A stretch of DNA of 64,000 bases from Octopus vulgaris (lineage: Eukaryota), in the NCBI GenBank assembly GCA_951406725.2, contig OX597819.1, positions 98,456,001-98,520,000 on the forward strand, in the 5' to 3' direction. Of this stretch, positions 50,620-64,000 are shown piece by piece. The notes under the pieces are model-generated. The model did no database searches. It saw only the letters and a list, made by a program, of their open reading frames with translations, and was not told where the DNA came from. The position numbers and the translations under genes were made by a program. Numbering within the stretch: the first letter of the stretch is position 1; every line of letters begins with the position of its first letter.

Positions 50620-51698
50620 ATTCATTTGTTAAATTTTAATTTATATAAATTATTTTATATTTTATGTATTGGCTTAAGTCTTTCTTTGTTTGATTTGCAT
50701 AATAGTGGGTTTTGTCACTAATTTATTATAATATATTTTATTATAAAATTGGATTCAATCTTAAATCTGATTTTTCCTTGTAAATTTGGATTTATTCCCT
50801 AATATTTATTATTATTATACATACATATATATATATATACTAACATTAGCTTCATTATACTTATTGGATCCACGCGCTCCCAGAACATAAGCCTGCAAGT
50901 CAACTTTTATCTAGTTCACGTTTATCACTGTTCCTGTAAGATTGTATTTTATGGGGTAGAGCAAAAAAATTCAACGATTGCTTGAAATAAGGAGTAGATA
51001 GACAGCCAACAACTGATGAAGGGTCCTTTTTTGTATTAACTTGTTCTGCTTTCCATTTCACCTCCTTGTTTCCTCATTGTTTACGTATTTCATGTTATTT
51101 GCACCGTTAGTAGCGTCCTGTACCCATATATGCGTGTATATATATATATATATGACATGTAACGAAAGAGAATCTATCTTTCTGCCCACTACCTTCCTAA
51201 AGACAACTCGTGCTTATACTGTCTCTTCTCATAAGCTCGTCTTCCTAGCGTTCATAATAATTTTTCTATCGTCTGTTTTAACTGTTTTGTTCTCACTGTC
51301 CTGTTCTTGTTACCACTTTCACCCTCTGCAAAAATTGTATTTAACTTGATTTGTGGGAAGGACTGTTGCAACGAAGTCGCGTATTGTCCTTGCCTTCGTA
51401 ACGCGGAGTAGATGAAACAGGGACAACTGATGAAGGGGAATATTCTTTATGTTGCATGTCTCGTTTTTCTGCTTGCTTTTTCGTTGTTCCCCCCAAAAGT
51501 TCGTTTCTATGTTTTTGTTGTTATGTTTTCGTTTCTCATCGTATTCAACGTTTTTTTTTATGTCCTGTACCCATATATGCATGTATATATACATATATAA
51601 TTAAGTATGTACATATATGTATGTATATATGCATATATTTATATATTATTGATATTATTATATGATCGAATGCCACGCATCCTTTTCCAAGTAAGTAT

Positions 51699-52692
<994 letters not shown>

Positions 52693-53010
52693 TATAATAT
52701 ATATGTATATATATATAATTGCAGCGTGGAAGGTGTTTATAAGCCATTAAAAAACACACAAAAACCGTTAGATTCACTACAGCATTTAAATTTAACTTGT
52801 GTAAAAATATTTATGTTATTTTCAAACCGTGACCTGTTCACTGACAAAATTATATATATATATATATATACATACGCACATACGCAATATATGTTTACCT
52901 CCTAGCATGTATATTCTGCAAGCATGGTTATATGCAAGCCAGTATTCTCGGAATTTCTAAATTTGAATCAACTTACTCCATAGTTTGTATTAGGATGGTA
53001 TTTAAAATTC

Positions 53011-53104
53011 ATGCATGAATGCTTATATGTGCATGCATGAATGCTTATATGTGCATGCATGAATGCTTATATGTGCATGCATGAATGCTTATATGTGCAT
53101 GCAT
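53011..53104. repeat. 22-bp tandem repeat, 4 copies (ATGCATGAATGCTTATATGTGC)
   Basis: direct reading. Confidence 0.9.
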
Positions 53105-53332
53105 ATACCTATATACATTCATACATACACACCTATTTCTCTCTCTTTCAATAAACCCACACACAGACTTGCATATAGGCATGGCTGTGTAGTAAAGGGT
53201 TTGCTTCCCAACCACATAGTTCTGGGTTCAGTCCCACTGTGAGGCTCCTTTGAAAAGTACCTTCTACTATAGCCTTGGGTTAACGAAAGACTTGGGAGTG
53301 GATATGATAGGCGGTAACTGAAAGTAGCCGTT

Positions 53333-53390
<58 letters not shown>

Positions 53391-53393
<3 letters not shown>

Positions 53394-53812
53394 TCTTTTA
53401 CTCTTTTATTCTTTTACTTGTTTCAGTCATTTGACTGCGGCCATGCTGGAGCACCGCCTTTAGTCGAGCAACTCGACCCCGGGACTTATTCTTTTTGTAA
53501 GCTCAGTACTTATTCTATCGGTCTCTTTTTGCCGAACCGCTAAGTGACGGGGACGTAAACACACCAGCATCGGTTGTCAAGCAATGTTAGGGGAACAAAC
53601 ACAGACACACAAACACACACACATACATATATATATATATACATATATACGACAGGCTTCTTTCAGTTTCCGTCTACCAAATCCACTCACAAGGCATTGG
53701 TCGGCCCGGGGCTATAGCAGAAGACACTTGCCCAAGATGCCACGCAGTGGGACTGAACCCGGAACGATGTGGTTGGCTAGCAAGCTACTTACCACACAGC
53801 CACTCCTGCGCC
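53391..53812 (-). mobile_element. SINE family A
   Basis: homology to family A. Confidence 0.9.
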
Positions 53813-53829
53813 TATATATATATATTGAG

Positions 53830-54762
53830 ATCGGGGTTTCTTGAGGGTAATACATCCTTGCCTATGGACGACAGATGTATTTCCGAATCCTGTGTTAGGC
53901 ATGTTTGGAGCTGCGGGATAGTACCGAGTCAATTTGGAGGCTCCAAAGTGCTCATTCGTCCATGGAAACAGTTCAGCTTCCAGAATGTGGCTAATGTATC
54001 GCTGGGTGTTACTTTTAACACCCGAGGGTACAAAAACGAGGTGAGATCTTCCAGTGGCTGTCACAACTGCTCAAACCGTAAGTGACTGTAGGTTTTAACG
54101 TCGATTTACAATTCTACCCACGACGAAGCCAGATACACTCCAAAGTCGGTCATTCCGGTGGTTTACTGATTGGTCGATATCAAATTTCTTTTCGTCAGTG
54201 AACACCAAGTTGAGCAGCATGCCTACAGCAATTTGACGCAGGATAAGACGACTTCTCTCCAGTCTCAGGCCCTTATAAACTTGCGTGAGCTCATGACAGC
54301 GGATTATCTTGTTGGGGTGGGTCCTGAGATCCTCCAGTACTCAGTATATCGATGTTCGGCTTATTTTTGCTGTGGCAGCCAGTTTTCGGACAGATCGACG
54401 GCGATTTCGCCGTATCTTTTCTCTGGTACTTTTGATAAGCTGAAGAATCCGCACACTTCTTTTTCGACCACATCCAGATCAGTCAACGGTGGAACCAGTC
54501 GCTTGAAATGTCTTAACTGTTGTTCGGTTTATATTAAACTTGTTTTGCTATAGCTGTATTACTTTCGCCTCCACTGAAGAGGGTTATGCTTGTATTTCTG
54601 TCTATAGTCATTATTAAATTTATAAATCTGAATTTATTTAGTCTGAAGCAAAAAGAAGACACACTAAGCTTTTATAGTGATGTATAATTTTCATATCATA
54701 TCACATATATTAGTAGTTATTAAATCCCGAAACTTCGGTTACCTCAATTTTAGGACACCTTG

Positions 54763-54764
<2 letters not shown>
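53830..54764 (-). mobile_element. Tc1/mariner (maT-like) transposase remnant
   Basis: GRSHLVFVPSGVKSNTQRYISHILEAELFPW and an FTDEKKF-like motif near 54185-54203; TA-CAAGGTGTCC terminus. Confidence 0.7.
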
Positions 54765-54806
<42 letters not shown>

Positions 54807-54947
54807 AGCAAGAAAAGCATGAAATAGGGTGTAATAAGCAGTTCGACAACTGATGAGTGACTTATCTACTCTTGGTACTCTGTCCTGTACTTTTCTCTCG
54901 CGTGTTTACGTATTTTCACTCGTTAATGATGTCCTGTACTTAATGTG

Positions 54948-54991
<44 letters not shown>

Positions 54992-55162
54992 GATCCAGGG
55001 GTCGAGGTATAGGAAGAAAGTTAGCTTCAAGTAATCCGTAGTAAATATAAAAGACAACTTTCAGAGATCGGGGCTTCTTGGGGTCCATACATCCTTGCCT
55101 GTAGACGAAAGGATGTTTTTCTGAATCCAGTGTATATATATTATACAAATACACATGCACAC

Positions 55163-55203
<41 letters not shown>

Positions 55204-55507
55204 CACGCGCGTGTGTGTGTGCAACGTATAAAAATGAGGATTTGAATTCTGGGCACGTATCCCATTAGCACTTTGATAAAATCCAGATTTAGCGAACTAT
55301 GTCGAAAGATAGGAAACATTTAGAATCGTTTAGGATAAATAATTAATTTGTACTCCTCTCGATTAGTAAATCCAGATTTCGCTTCAATAAGATGGGAACA
55401 TTCATATCGATAGGTTTTAAAATACTTTCCAAATAAGCTCGAATTCAACTAGACTGAATGGTGCGTAAGTAAACCTAGTCAAATACTCAAAATTTTTATC
55501 TAACATA

Positions 55508-55928
55508 GGCGCAGGAGTGGCTGTGTGGTAAGTAGCTTGCCTACCAACCACATGGTTCTGGGTTCAGTCCCACTGCGTGGCACCTTGGGCAAGTGTCTTC
55601 TACTATAGCCTCGGGCCGACCAAAACCTTGTGAGTGAATTTGGTAGACGGAAACTGAAAGAAGCCTGTCGTATATATGTATATATATATATGTATGTGAG
55701 TGTATGTTTGTGTGTCTGTGTTTGTCCCCCTAGCATTGCTTGACAACCGATGCTGGTGTGTTTGCGTCCCCGTTACTTAGCGGTTCGGCAAAAGAGACCG
55801 ATAGAATAAGTGCTGGGCTTACGAAGAATAAGTCCTGGGGTCGAGTTGCTCGATTAAAGGCTGTGCTCCAGCATGGCCACAGTCAAATGTCTGAAACAAG
55901 TAAAAGAGTAAAAGAGAGAGAGAGAGTA
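55508..55928 (+). mobile_element. SINE family A
   Basis: full-length homology. Confidence 0.9.
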
Positions 55929-55976
55929 TAGGTTTTTATCTCATTTACATCACTCCAGTTGCTTAGACAGATTTAT

Positions 55977-56210
55977 ATTCTTTTACTCTTTTACTTGTTT
56001 CAGTCATTACACTGCGGCCATGCTGGTGCACCGCCTTTAGTGGAACAAATCGACCCAGGACTTATTCTTTGTAAGCCTAGTACTTATTCTATCGGCCTCT
56101 TTTGCCGAACCGCTAAGTTGCGGGGGCATAAACACACCAGCATCGGTTGTTAAGTGATAGTAGGGGAACAAACACATATATACACATACATACACACACA
56201 TACACACACG

Positions 56211-56248
<38 letters not shown>

Positions 56249-56408
56249 ACGGGCTTCTTTCAGTTTCCGTCTACCAAATCCACTCACAAGGCTTTGGCCG
56301 TCCCGAGGCTATAGTAGAAGAAACTTGCCCAAGGTGCCACGCAGTGGGACTGAACCCGGAACCATGTGGTTGGTAAAGAAGCTACTTACCACGCAGCCAC
56401 TCCTGCGC
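55977..56408 (-). mobile_element. SINE family A
   Basis: full-length homology; tail-to-tail with the previous copy. Confidence 0.9.
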
Positions 56409-56510
56409 TTTATGATTACGTTGTTTTTTTCTACTAAGGAAAACGACACAGCTGGGGTTTTACTCTTTTCATTTCTAGTGATATTGTCTTTTAATAGTCA
56501 AATAAAAATT

Positions 56511-57060
56511 AAGGCGACGAGCTCTCAGAATCGTTGCTTAACGGCATTTCGTCCTTCTTTATGTTCTGAGTTCAAATTCTGCGGAGGTCAACTTCGCCTT
56601 TCATCTTCTCAGGGTCGATAAAACAAGTACCAGTTGAGTACTGGGGTAGAATTAATTGACTTACTTCCACCCCACCCAACTTACTGGCTTTGCGGTAAAA
56701 TTTGTAATCATTATTCGACCCCTATGTTTAAGTACCAGTTGAACATTTAGGTCGATGTAATCAACTCATCTTCTGCCCCAAAATTGCTGCCCTTGTGGCA
56801 AAATTTGATACCATTTTCCGTCTACCAAATCCAGTCACATCATTCAATGGCGGAATCTTGACCTTGTTACCACTTCTGACAAAATGTTTAGTGGCATTTC
56901 TTCCGTTTTTACATTCTGAGTTCAAATTCTGCCGAGGTAGACGTTGCCTTTCATCCTTTTGCGGTCGATAAATTGAGTACCAGTCAAATACTGGGGTCGA
57001 TGTGATCGGTTGTCCCCTTCCCCACAAAAATCCAGGCCTTGTGCCTATAGTAGAAAGGAT
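56511..57060 (+). mobile_element. cluster of SINE family B copies and fragments
   Basis: GCCTTTCATC...GTCGATAAA...GTACCAG core at about 56596 and 56946. Confidence 0.7.
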
Positions 57061-57080
57061 TATTATTATCATCATCATCG

Positions 57081-57120
<40 letters not shown>

Positions 57121-57121
57121 T

Positions 57122-57518
57122 ATTATTGAGTGAAAGAGCAGTGCATGCCATCAAAGTGACACTGGGGTAAAATATACGAAGCCCAGTATACCTATCATGG
57201 CTACCCGTCTGATAAGGGTACACTAGGCACATGCATCACAACCATATCTGCGCGACATAGTGATCTCATATCAAGATAAACAGCACATGCCCTTGCAGGT
57301 GGGCCCAGTTAGAATTTTCTTCTGGTCGAGTAACCCATCCCGCTCAAAAGGTCCCTGAATAAGGGTGTTTAAGGATGTTGAACGAAACACCTATGTTTCC
57401 AAAGCTGAATTATTCAAACCCCAAAGAATCCCTCTCAACACATGGCTATGATACCCCCCCCCCACTACTTCTCTCGATCAGCGATGCACGTATCGTCTGC
57501 CACTAAGGGACATGCTCG
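57122..57518 (-). mobile_element. interspersed repeat homologous to 17728-18120, with simple-repeat tail
   Basis: reverse-complement similarity. Confidence 0.7.
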
Positions 57519-57837
57519 TTGCAGAGTCTACACTTTGTGTCTACCTCATTCTATGTGGCATTAGCTTGATAGTTCCGGGTGAGGAGACTCTAATTTTGCA
57601 CCGCTAGGATAAATCCTGCTGTACTAGATATTTTCGTAGTCTTACAGTGAATATTTCATAATAATTTTCTAGTTGCAGAAGAGCTCTTCCTTCATTTATC
57701 CATATTATATATAATCTTCCTATGTCAGATTATAAGCGGTGTATCGTATCCTTGCTTCCAACATTACTTTCTTTCCTTTCCTGTCTTGTCTTGCCAGTTC
57801 GTTTAATTTCCCCAATTGGGAATATTATAACTGAAAC

Positions 57838-58032
57838 TAAGGTGGCCACCTGGAAGAATGCTTAGCGGCATTTCATCAGTCTTAACGCTCTAAGTTCAAA
57901 TTCCGCCGAGGTCGACTTTACCGTTCATCCTTCTGGCGTCGATAAAATAAGTACCAGTTGAGCACTGGGGTCAATGAAATCGACTTACCCCCACTCTCCG
58001 AAACTACTGGTCTTGTACCAAAATTTGAAACC
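57838..58032 (+). mobile_element. SINE family B
   Basis: homology to family B. Confidence 0.75.
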
Positions 58033-58206
58033 GGAACTTATTTCTGGGACACCTAAACTGTCCAAGCGTATTAATTGATTATTTACATATAACTCTGTTT
58101 AAAATATTAATCTAATACATTTATAATATTTTTCCCCAATCGTTTCTCTAATTTGTGTGAATTCTATCTACTCTGTCTAGTATTTAGGTTCTTATGTGCA
58201 GGTATC

Positions 58207-58427
58207 TCTCTTTTACTCTTTTACTTGTTTTAGTCATTTGACTGCGGCCATGCTGGAGCACCGCCTTTAATCGAGCAACTCGACCCCGGGACTTATTATT
58301 TTGTAAGCCCAGTACTTATTCTATCGGTCTCTTTTGCCGAACCGCTAAGTAACGGGGACATAAACACACCAGCATCGGTTGTCAAGCATGCTAGGGGGAC
58401 AAACACAGACACACAAACACACACACG

Positions 58428-58463
<36 letters not shown>

Positions 58464-58623
58464 GACGGGCTTCTTTCAGTTTCCGTCTACCAAATCCACT
58501 CACAAGGCTTTGGTCGGCCCGAGGCTATAGTAGAAGACACTTGCCCAAGGTGCCACGCAGTTGGACTGAACCCGGAACGATGTGGTTGGTAAACAAGCTA
58601 CTTACCACACACCCACTCGTGCA
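58207..58623 (-). mobile_element. SINE family A
   Basis: full-length homology. Confidence 0.9.
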
Positions 58624-58898
58624 TTTGCTCAAATTTCCCTATCTCAGTTTAGTTATCTAGCATGGTGTTAATGCTAATACATTTTTTACATTTCAACGTT
58701 ATCTTGGCATAATTTTCCAAGCTGAAGCTAATGTTGTTACTATTGCTGACGAAATGCCATAACCGTTATTTCCACACACTAAAGACATGTTTTTTGAGAA
58801 TATCTCCTCTCCATTATCTCCTTCTCAATTGGTAATTAGGACATATCCTTTCAAGACAGAGATAATTTTGATGAATCAAGAATTCATGCTATATACGA

Positions 58899-59237
58899 AG
58901 GCGCACGACTCAGTGGTTAGAGCGTCGGGATCACAACCATGAGACAGTGAGTTCGATTTCCGGACTGGGATATGCGTTATGATCTTGAGCAAGACGCTTT
59001 ATTTTACGTTGCTCCAGTTCATTCAGCTGTAGAAATGAGTTGCGACGGCACTGGTACCAAGCTGTATAAGCCTTTGCCTTTCCCTTGCATAATATCGTTA
59101 GAGTGGAGAGAGGAACCTAGTATGCATGGGCGACTGCTGGTTTTCCATAAACGATGTTGCCTAGACTTGTGCTTTAGAGGGAAACTTTCTAGATGCAATC
59201 CCATGGTCATTCATAACTGAAGGAGGCCTTTACTTTT
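58899..59237 (+). mobile_element. SINE family D
   Basis: tRNA-like head GGCGCACGACTCAGTGGTTAGAGCG...GAGTTCGATTTCC. Confidence 0.8.
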
Positions 59238-59687
59238 TCTATGGTATGTGATATACCTATGTCTGTTTACGTTATTCAATTACATACCACTGGCTACTCT
59301 GACTTATTTTTCTTAGTTCATTTTTGTTAAATTATGCTATTATTTACCTAGGACATATGAATCTAAGTCTCTTGGCTATTTTAGATAAGGTTGGACAGTT
59401 GTACGGATAACATCTGTTGACCCAGAAACTCGTGTCAATAACTGTCCTCATATTTCCAAAAACTCTGTTATCTTTCCTTAATGACAATCCTTGTTTGTTG
59501 AAGGGACCAATTTTAAATCATGTCCCTCCTTTTGCAGTAGTCCGTTGTATTTAGCCAACTCATGTTGGTCAATTTTTAAGTCCTCTTTTGCCACTGTGGC
59601 TGCGGCTGCAAAGTTAACTATATCATTTTTCTTCGTGGTATCCTTTTAATTTCCTTTGGCTTTCATTACTTTTTCTTCCGAACGTTG

Positions 59688-59897
59688 CTAAACACAGAGG
59701 GGACAAACAAGGACAGACAAAGGGATTAAGTCGATTACAGCGACCGCAGTGCGTAACTGGTACTTTATTTATCGACCCCGAAAGGATGAAAGGCAAAGTC
59801 GACCTCGGTGGAATTTGAACTCAGAACGTAACGGCAGACGAAATACCGCTAAGCATTTCGTCCGGCGCGCTAACGTTTCTGCCAACTCGCCGCCTTA
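59688..59897 (-). mobile_element. SINE family B
   Basis: homology to 23373-23601. Confidence 0.85.
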
Positions 59898-60404
59898 ACA
59901 GATTATTATATAGATAATGGCTTGCACTTTCTTTACCATAAGCTGGATGAAAACGTTCATGACACACACAAATCATTCCGAGTCTATTATAAATATTCTT
60001 GTTAGAAATGTTTAACTTAGAATACATTAATTGTCAGTATATATCTATACCCATAAACAAGGAAACCGTACCGTATAGATAAGCCCTTCCTAAATATTAG
60101 ATAACAATACTAATAAATTGTATGATTCTACATTTCAGTCCTTTACATTTTTAGCTCAAATCCTGTGCAGAACACATTTCAGTTTTGTACTGGAGTAAAT
60201 TCAATCAGATATATCACGTGTTTACAATTATTTATTGTTACCCGTGTACTTAGAGACGCCAATATATATCTTGTGTCATTCATCCTAGTACAGACGTCCA
60301 TTAACCTGTAAATGGAAGGAAGGTGAAGTATTAATTGGTAATCTAACATACAGAATTTTACTCTGATTTGCTAATATTAACAAGGTATATTTACAGATAC
60401 CATC

Positions 60405-60534
60405 ATGAAGAAAACCAAACCAGAAAGAGAAACCTGGGGTAAATGGTCGGAATTTTTCTTCTCGATTGTCGGCTTAGTGGTTGGTCTATCAAATATTTGG
60501 CGTTTTCCATATCTCTGTTACATTAATGGTGGTG
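60405..60534 (+). CDS. SLC6/NSS sodium:neurotransmitter symporter family, first recognisable coding exon ([44 protein letters not shown])
   Basis: acceptor ttacag ends at 60396, ATG at 60405, donor gtaagt at 60535; RETW and [15 protein letters not shown] are the SLC6 TM1 signature; an upstream coding exon cannot be excluded. Confidence 0.93.
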
Positions 60535-61339
60535 GTAAGTAACACGTTTTCATTTATCCCAGTTTCATAAGTTACATGTGGTCTTGCTTAAAAGCTGTCA
60601 AATCACTTGATCTCAAGTTTATTCCCTTGTAAGCCCGGTTTCAGCTGACCTATGAGCAAAGGTCTTTCAGTCGTGAAAGCCTGCCATTTTTTTGTGGAGT
60701 GTGCATCCATGACCATTATTGCTCGATGCATATTCCTCTTTTAAGGCAGTAAGATGTTATTTGAGGGAGACGTGCCGGGCTTTTCAATAAGTTGAGTGAC
60801 TGCATAGAAATTCTTTAGATTTTGTCTAAATATTGATTCAGCAAAATGCGACATTTTTTTAAATGAGAGGAAATCAATTGATATTTATTAAATTTGGGTC
60901 ACTGGTTACGTAAGTTACATCCACTTATCAAGATTAGCAAAAGTCTTTTAGTTTCAGATTTATACTCTTTTGCATTTCTTCAATAAGATTATGGTACAAT
61001 AAAGAGAATTGACTGCATCATCTACTACAAGTACTGCATCAACAAACAACAGAAACATCGCACCAATAAAAAAGTAAAATGACATAATACAAGACTATTG
61101 ATGTTTCTGCCACATAAGGAGAGTGTAATGCAAGTTATTGCATCATTCGCATTTAAATCAAGAGGTGACCATTGTACCATTTTGTTGTTGTAAAATATCT
61201 CTTTTGAGATATTTTACGACATTATGCCTTAAATGCATAAATAATTCAGACAATCTTTGCTTTATTTGTGGTACTTTCATTCTTAAAACTAAAAATAATT
61301 TGCTACCATATCCGAAATTTAAAATAAATACAAGCCGTG

Positions 61340-61480
61340 CCTATCATCTCAAGGATGATCACAATATAGTTATTAAAGAAGTTGACAAAGGCAGTGCTGT
61401 AGTCAACACAGACTCAGAACAATACATAAACACTACTCGAGCTTTCCTTCAAATCAATACCTGTTATTAAAAAAATTAAC
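61340..61480 (+). mobile_element. Penelope-like RT N-terminal remnant in the SLC6 intron
   Basis: LKDDHNIVIKEVDKGSAVV...QY resembles the PLE motif IVIKPADKGxAVV. Confidence 0.6.
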
Positions 61481-62213
61481 AATTACAACCAATCCAAAAT
61501 AATGACAAAGATCACTACCCTTATCCAGCAGTGCCAAGTTTTAAAGGAAAATGGGAGGGGTTATTTAACAAGATCTGACTGAAAAACCAGCATCTTTCAC
61601 GAACACTCTATCAATGTACCGGAAACACTTTAGCCTAATTCCCTATAAATGAAGAAAATATGTTTACTAAAAAATATATACAACTGAATACCCTATAATA
61701 ACCCACCAGAAAGAGAAAACTCAATTTATTTACGAAAAACGACCAGAGACAGAAAATATAAACGAAAAGTTTAAGTAACATGCTCCTGCTAAACAATTGT
61801 ACAATGATACCTTATATCTCAAACACCAGTTGTTGACGTCCCTCCAGATAGTTTTCTGGTCAAAATCGAACCCTCAAGAAAAAGCAATTAAACATTGAGC
61901 CGACCGAGCTTGAAGCTTCTTAAAGAAATCAACCAACCGGATCGCTGGACGACAATCAAGCAAAAGCAAGTTGTAAAGTCCTTTGAAAACAACCAAACGA
62001 CGTAAGCAGAAAAATCAATCAACCAGAGTTCTGACTCTCTACTGCTCAACAAGGATTAAAAATGTTCAACAAACAAATAACGTCATCAGGAAGTCAAGCA
62101 CCTAGAATGCTGGACAAAAATATTTGACCAAAACATCGATGAAGCCGAAGAGACATGTTTAAGACGGCCAGCCTAACGGAGAAAAGTAACCAATCAGAAC
62201 TTGATCCTTTACC

Positions 62214-62924
<711 letters not shown>

Positions 62925-63677
62925 AATTGACTGGCTCTCTCCCCCCCAAATTTCGGGCCTTGTGCCTAGAGTAGAAAAGAATATTTCTGTTGATAAAGAT
63001 GCATCAGGCTAACAAAATCTTGTGATAATTCTTGTACTCCAGATAATCCGAAGTAAAGTCCCTCACCAGTCAAATCTGCAAATACACTGTTCCAAAACCC
63101 AGTTGAGATTAGAAGGAAGAGACGGAGATGTATAGAAGGTGAATACGATGTTGTTCTTTGTGTTTCTTAGGTTGTGATAACACGTGATGCACAAAAATGT
63201 TGGATAATAGATATGGTTAATGGAATAACTAGGTGTATTAAAAAAATATTAGGTTGTTGATTGACCAAAAGTGCATTGGGAGGAACTGCACAGGTATATG
63301 TGGAAACGGCCAGCATTCACCTTAATGATTGATCGTACAGTATCTTTGCAAGAAACACACACACACACACACACCGTATCCTAAATTTTTTTCAAATATG
63401 CATTTGGCTTTCTCTTATTCTCTCTGTTTCACATCATATCTTTGTGTCTCGATCACTCACTATATTATTTTCTATTATGCTTCAATCAATCTTTATCGTT
63501 TAGTCACTTTGTTCACCTTATTCACTTTATATTTCCCCCTCACTATATTCTACTCCCTTATCTTATATCCTTTGTTCACAATATTTCTCTCATATCCTAC
63601 ATGTATTCATTATCCCTCTCTTTTCTTATTTCACAATCGTTCAGATCTAATCGCGTCTCGTTATTTTCTCTAAACAG

Positions 63678-63809
63678 GAGCGTTCCTCATTCCGTTTTTT
63701 ATATTTATGATATTTGCTGCCATCCCGACATTACTGCTTGAAAATGCTGTTGCCCAATTTGCAAATTTAGGGCCAGGAAAAGTATGGGTTATGTGCCCCC
63801 TTTTTAAAG
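63678..63809 (+). CDS. SLC6 transporter exon (GAFLIPFFIFMIFAAIPTLLLENAVAQFANLGPGKVWVMCPLFKG); gene continues beyond the window
   Basis: aaacag / gtaaat, 132-bp phase 1-1 exon, as typical of SLC6 genes; GAFLIP...E...QF...W...CPLFKG motif. Confidence 0.94.
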
Positions 63810-64000
63810 GTAAATCTTCATTTTATTATATTGCTGTTACTGTTGTTATCGTTGTTATTTAGACCAAGGACCAACCTAATCGAGTAGATATATAATCAAA
63901 GACACACAAATTACACTTTTTAAGGCGACGGAATATATAATGTATCCTTTTTTTAGACATTAGTGTGCATTTTAAAGGAGACTTGACTGCAATGCCCAGC

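Larger units (their letters stand above)
50129..50820. mobile_element. Penelope-like pseudo-LTR structure: 207-bp direct duplication plus near-perfect palindrome centred at 50533
   Basis: unit starts at 50134 and 50341 are identical; 50336-50531 pairs with 50535-50730 (3-nt loop, about 2 differences); flanked by (TA)n. Confidence 0.75.

Noticed and set aside
51005-51600. CTGATGA motifs (about 51014, 51428; also about 54850) as hammerhead cores
   Set aside because: Part of a repeated element, but no properly placed stem II plus GAAA could be found in these copies

Overview
AT-rich, microsatellite- and SINE-dense metazoan DNA. The repeat families look like those of an octopod cephalopod (Octopus sp.; inferred, not database-checked). 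Two spliced genes are on the + strand. (1) The last nine coding exons of ORC4 (6553-31613), with Walker B ILDEFD, the KRVKSRFSHR arginine-finger region and a winged-helix C-terminus. All nine have GT-AG boundaries and consistent phases; the 5' exons appear to lie upstream of the window. (2) The first two recognisable coding exons of an SLC6 (NSS) transporter (60405-63809) with several atypical TM1/TM2 residues. The rest is mobile DNA: several tRNA-derived SINE families, RTE, CR1 and R4-like LINE fragments, Penelope-like (Neptune-type GIY-YIG) remnants, mariner/maT and piggyBac remnants, TTAA MITEs, non-autonomous Helitrons and a diverged 5S rRNA copy. The most notable hidden signal is a set of minimal type I hammerhead-ribozyme motifs in several short repeat families. 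These include a 207-bp unit present as two tandem copies plus an inverted copy (50129-50730) and a 183-bp element flanked by a 15-bp target-site duplication inside an ORC4 intron. Nearly all ORFs in the supplied track are repeat or microsatellite artefacts. Repeat boundaries are approximate.
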